Shown one piece after another: positions 59,150-64,000 of a DNA stretch of 64,000 nucleotides (position 1 is the first letter of the stretch; the number at the start of each line of letters is the position of its first letter). The translations under genes were made by a program, and so were the position numbers. The DNA is taken from contig NW_005434494.1 in the NCBI RefSeq assembly GCF_000315625.1, forward strand, positions 21,613 through 85,612, written 5' to 3'. Below the pieces are notes generated by a model. It worked only from the letters and a program-made list of their open reading frames with translations, searched no databases and was not told where the DNA came from. This DNA comes from Guillardia theta CCMP2712. Taxonomy: Eukaryota > Protista > Cryptophyta.

Positions 59150-60005
59150 CGACATTGATGAGGAAGTTGCCAGGTGAGTCGCTTGATGCCTGACGTGATG
59201 GGTTTGCATCGTGTAATGGAAGGTGCACAGGTTGCAACCAAACCAAGCACATGCTTAAACGACCTCGGCTGGATAACGCATAGTTGCCAAGCAACTTAGT
59301 TTGATATCAACTTCATTTAGGAAGCAACACAACCAACACAGAGGTTCTTTGGTCACACTAGACCAATTGCTCTGCTCCTATATCCCCCCCAGTTGCAATA
59401 GCAGGAGAAGGCTTTCTATGTACAAGCCAACAACGGCGGCAGTATTCTGTTGTGCATGTTGTGTTCTAGTAAATGCAGCATTGACTGTTCTAGTTCACTA
59501 TGTGACTGCAGAACATTGTCCTCAAAACGAGAGGAGTGCTTGATGGCAAATTTCTTTCGTCAAAAATGGAAATGCCAGTCATGGAGAATCATACTGTGGT
59601 CGAGAAACAACCATGCAGAATGGTAGCAAGATGAAGCTAACGTCCATTGTCATGTGCTGCCCGAGTGACGAAGAGCAAAGCATTGCGGCTGGGCCAAAGG
59701 TGAAAGACATGCTCCCCTGCGATGCACACTTTGGATCATAAAGCTACAGATATCAACATGATTGAGGGACAAAACATTGAGATAATCTGAACAAGCTTCA
59801 GGCAGAGATGGGTTTAGGGTTTGGGACTCATTACGAAGAAAACGAAGCACTGAATATAGTACTGCTGGGTGCCTGCTGTCAGAGCTCATAGGAACCAAGC
59901 CTGATTGCAGGTGAGTCTGTTGAATTCAAGGTTAGTGACAAAGTATTGTTATCTACCAAGATGTTGCGTTTCGTGGGCCCCTTCACTATTGTGGATGCTC
60001 GTACC
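59150..60005 (+). mobile_element. Highly decayed Ty3/Gypsy integrase remnant
   Basis: VEFKVSDKVLLSTKMLRFVGPFTIV at about 59920-59995 resembles the GPY/F integrase C-terminal motif. Upstream stop-ridden traces CTGCNQTK..KRP and IKLQIST..EGQN fall in the expected order. Confidence 0.45.
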
Positions 60006-60013
60006 ATATGGCA

Positions 60014-60774
60014 TCATCCAAAACAACCAACTTTTAAAACAAACCAATTATGGATAGGAGGTTTCTGCCATGTAATGAAAGCTGTGGATGTAAATCTACA
60101 CTTTGGATCGGTTGATTCCTTATTTTCAAAGTCGATGGGTTTGATTTCACGACGCGTCAGGATATCATGCAGCAGATCTTTATCGGGAACGTAGTGCAAG
60201 TTCATGATATTTTGTCTTCCATGAGCTCCCTGAACTCCTTGGTGAGAACTTCCTTTCTGTTGACATAGAGCCATTGCAAAAGACGTATCATGGAGCTGGT
60301 ATACATCTTCCTGCTCTTCTTCGATATCGTATTCTCGCGGATAGCTTCCACTGATGCTTCGAGCGCTGCTTCGTCCTGAACACGTAAGTTGTCCCACAAA
60401 GCAGACTCAGCTTCTGTAGAAGAATGTTTTCTTTTTGGTCGTGCTTTGTTGGTTCTTGCAGCAGCAGTGGGATCTTGAAACATCGAGCTTGGTCCCTCCA
60501 TCCCATCATCTAACTGTGACGTGCGAGAGGACACTGACATGCCATCTCCTTCCGATTCGTCAATTGCTATCGCTGACTGCACATCATTGCTGGGAGGAGG
60601 CGGCGATTGACAACCACAAAATCCAGGATCCTCACTTCGAAAACTGGCACATACTGCATGAAAGTTGCCACCACATTTCCGGCACTTATGTCCAGTCCCA
60701 GTCGCAGGGTTGCATGGAGCTCCCTGTATACGACATTCGCGTCCAAACAGGCATTCTCCGCTTGTTTCCGCCAT
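60014..60774 (-). pseudogene. Truncated, frameshifted N-terminal part of a putative tyrosine-recombinase (Crypton-like) transposon protein with Cys/His finger
   Basis: N-terminal C..C..C..HKCRKC..FHAVC..CGC. ENTISKKSRKMYTSSMIRLLQWLY resembles an integrase core-binding helix. Continues in another frame as KPIDFENK..FTSTAFITW. No catalytic domain visible. Confidence 0.4.
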
Positions 60775-60904
60775 CCCTCAAAAACATAGTATCTGTGATA
60801 CCAGGGACGGGCCACCCTTGTAGGTATCGGGTTTAGGGTTTAGACTAATTCATTTTCAATGGGCAATTAAAGTTTTGAGTGGGAAAGAGATTTTCAGCAG
60901 AAAT

Positions 60905-63382
60905 CAATTGGTATCAGCATATGGGGATTGTCGACTTCATTGAAAATTAGCACTGCACTGCGGTGGTTTTCATCGAGGAATTTCAAATATGGACGACTGA
61001 AGACCATCCTGAAAACCATCGAATATTTTTTGTCCTATAATTATGACCCTGTTTATAAAAACGATGATTTCTACGTACAATATAACAATAATTCTATTAC
61101 ACTACTAAAATTAAAATATATTCCTATTGCAGTACAATGCTAATAATATCCAAATAAAACACTTGAGAAACACAATGACAAAATTTCTATTTAAATTATG
61201 TTCAATAAATATTAATTACCCTATCAATGTAAATTAATGCTGCAGTGTGGTGCATAAATTACACAATGTAAAAAACGGCGGTATAGCATGAGCAAAGCGA
61301 ATGCTATGATGAGCACGCAGTGCGAATCTATTCCATCCTGCGCAGTTGTTGAACATTTTCACACTTATATTCTTCATATAACTCAATATACCAATTATCG
61401 TAATCGTTTGTTTCACGAATCTTCGGGTGTGATATAATTTCTTATTATATGAACGACTATTTTCATTTAAGCAAGCACTTTTATGATCAGACCATCTTTT
61501 ATTCAATGAAGTGGTGGTAGATCCAACATAAACAAGGCTATCATCTTTTCGATATCTTATGGTATAAATGAAGCATTTTTGTATAAGAGTATTATTGTCA
61601 TCATATGCAGCACATGCTTGTAATATGAGATCATTAGGTTTGTGTTTATAGATGTTATCAGTGAGATCGAAATCATGATCACAGACGGTAAGATGTAACG
61701 TCATTAAATGAGTGTTAAGGATCAATCCACAATGACATTTAAAGATAAAGGAATCATACACATAGACAAGTGGATCTAATGGATCGAAATGAAGATCAGG
61801 GATATGTGCATGCGCAGAGTCAACCTTGATGTCACGACATTTTGTAAAGTAATGTTTAGTTGTTTTTTTATGGATATGGAGGAGCTGTCGAGTAAGAAGG
61901 AGACCACATTCACATGAATAAAGGAATGCATCATGTGGAGTGTCATATACATGAGCATCAAAATCAACATTATCATATCGATAAGCGATCTCATTCAAGT
62001 GCCATTGTAAATCATTGGCATCTTCAGGGATATGAAATTCATTCGTGAGAGTTCCTAGTTTATCAATGATATATTTTTCCTTTTGGAACATATGTTCATC
62101 ATCAACGAAGAAGAATTGATCATAAATCTTGAATTCCCAATGATCAGCAATGTGAATACATTCAGGATCAAATTCTCTCATCTTGACATAGAGTGGTGAG
62201 TTGTATGATTTGGCACATTGTATGTGTTGTTTCCATGTTTGTTTGGCATCTAGAGAAACACCAACATACATCAATGTCTTATCATGTTTATACTGAATAG
62301 TGTAAATAGAAACAACCTCTCTTTTAGGATGTATGTCATTGATCTTTAAACACTTAGCAAGGAGGTTTTGATATCCTTCTAAACCATAGAGTTGATCAAA
62401 ATAAGGGTGTGAATATTTCAATGAAATTGGCATTATTGTAAACAAGAAACACCTTCTGCAACGGAGGTATTGATATTGAAACAGATTCACTTTTTTAATG
62501 CAGGGTTTTTGGTTTTGTGTTTTAAGGTATGAATTCAACCAATTGGTATCAGCATATGGGGATTGTCGACTTCATTGAAAATTAGCACTGCACTGCGGTG
62601 GTTTTCATCGAGGAATTTCAAATATGGACGACTGAAGACCAGTGATCAAGGGTTTGCGAGTGGAATAGTAAAGCTCAAGTTGCAATGGAATAGATTCGCA
62701 CTGCGTGCTTGATCATAGCATTCGCTTTGCTCATGCTATACCGCTGTTTTACATTGTATAATTTATGCACTGTAATGCAGCAATGATTTACATGATATGA
62801 AATTAGAAAAAAATCTTGTTTATTATTCTGATTCAAATTTTGTTCAATAAATATTAATTGGGTTATAATATTTTTCCAATGTTTAATCTTGAATCTTGTT
62901 CACGGTATTGTAGTGTAATAGGAATAACAAGTGTAGCACAAGTTGCAATGGAATAGATTCGCACTGCGTGCTCATCATAGCATTCGCTTTGCTCATGCTA
63001 TACCGCCGTTTTTTACATTGTGTAATTTATGCACCACACTGCAGCATTAATTTACATTGATAGGGTAATTAATATTTATTGAACATAATTTAAATAGAAA
63101 TTTTGTCATTGTGTTTCTCAAGTGTTTTATTTGGATATTATTAGCATTGTACTGCAATAGGAATATATTTTAATTTTAGTAGTGTAATAGAATTATTGTT
63201 ATATTGTACGTAGAAATCATCGTTTTTATAAACAGGGTCATAATTATAGGACAAAAAATATTCGATGGTTTTCAGGATGGTCTTCAGTCGTCCATATTTG
63301 AAATTCCTCGATGAAAACCACCGCAGTGCAGTGCTAATTTTCAATGAAGTCGACAATCCCCATATGCTGATACCAATTGGTT
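60905..63382. mobile_element. AT-rich composite element with 432-bp inverted repeats (60905-61336 / 62948-63379) and an inner TIR unit (62537-63382)
   Basis: The arms are reverse complements from caattggtatcagcatatgggg to gcgaatctattccat, and the ORF track gives identical 71-aa ORFs on opposite strands. A third ~105-bp copy of the terminus lies at 62537-62641. Confidence 0.9.
61328..62433 (-). pseudogene. Tandem GIY-YIG endonuclease gene (two nuclease domains, two CxC..H..H fingers); second domain frameshifted and truncated
   Basis: Domain 1: SIYTIQYKHDKTLMYVGVS..WKQH..PLYVKMRE..WEF..EKYII. Domain 2: FIYTIRYRKDDSLVYVGSTTTSLNKRWSDH..KLY / frameshift / KIRETNDYDNWYIELYEEYKCENVQQLRRME*. Intronless and AT-rich. 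Confidence 0.82.
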
Positions 63383-63705
63383 AAGCATATTAAAACGAGG
63401 CCGAAAACAACCGGTCATATTGAGGTCTATACTACCCGTGCGAAACCAACCGTTTCGTTTCACAATCAAAGGACCACCCATCACTTGGATGTAAATTGAG
63501 AGGGTGGTATAAAAGTATAGTATATTCTGACAACATACAAATAGATATAAACATCCCAATACCTCATACCCTGTAGTAAAATCTCAGTACATGGGTGGGT
63601 CCAAAACGCCAAGCAGAGAGGGGTGGAGAAAAAGTCCCACATCCCCTCTTTGACCGGACCCATCCCGGAGTCCGGGGTGTCCCGGCGGGGAGTCAGCCCC
63701 GAAAG

Positions 63706-64000
63706 CCTACACCTACTCCGCCCTCCTGCCTGACGACTAGTATCCTGCCCCGAAACCGGGCTGAGCCTACTCCGCCTCCTGCCTGACCACGGCTATCCTG
63801 CCCCGAAACCGGGCTGAGCCTACTCCGCCTCCTGCCTGACGGCTATACTGCCCCGACAGCCTGCTCCGCCTCCTGCCTGTCGACTATCCTGCCCCGACAG
63901 CCTGCTCCGCCTCCCGCCTGACGGCTATCCTGCCCCGACAGCCTGCTCCGCCTCCTGGCTGACGACTATACTGACCCGACAGCCTGCTCCGCCTCTGGCC
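63706..64000. repeat. GC-rich minisatellite (~50-bp then 41-bp units), runs off the right edge
   Basis: Unit ctatcctgccccgacagcctgctccgcctcctgcctgacgg; the first units carry aaaccgggctgag in place of acag. Confidence 0.9.

Noticed and set aside
60828-60843. GGGTTTAGGGTTTAG telomere-like words (also near 59810)
   Set aside because: Only about two units; insufficient for an interstitial telomere, at most a telobox-like motif.
60928-61143. Identical 71-aa ORFs at 60928 (+) and 63141 (-)
   Set aside because: A by-product of the inverted repeat; TTG start, AT-rich, no recognisable motif.

Overview
Eukaryotic nuclear DNA with many short spliceosomal introns (often about 50-100 nt), microsatellite-filled long introns and a plastid-type tetrapyrrole enzyme. 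Together these suggest a secondary-plastid alga, most likely a cryptophyte such as Guillardia (inference). Recognisable genes: the 5' part of glutamate-1-semialdehyde aminotransferase (runs off the left edge), a RasGEF, a B12D/NDUFA4-like mitochondrial protein, a many-exon AMP deaminase and an SK-type channel-like protein with a rewritten selectivity filter. The dominant feature is a dispersed family of ten small RWP-RK-like genes in several subfamilies. Four copies have precisely lost the shared intron, near-identity between copies is confined to the CDS and intron, and one copy has lost its ATG. The right-hand 15 kb is accessory DNA. It holds PIF/Harbinger-type MITEs, a Crinkler/RHS-type signal peptide + LRLKGG + repeat + NTPase + nuclease gene with a 7-nt frameshift, decayed Gypsy and tyrosine-recombinase-like fragments, an AT-rich tandem GIY-YIG endonuclease gene enclosed by 432-bp inverted repeats, and a GC-rich minisatellite. 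Four GC-rich, palindrome-saturated islands sit upstream of genes. All calls come from manual reading and motif recognition; no searches were run, and exon boundaries are approximate unless stated.
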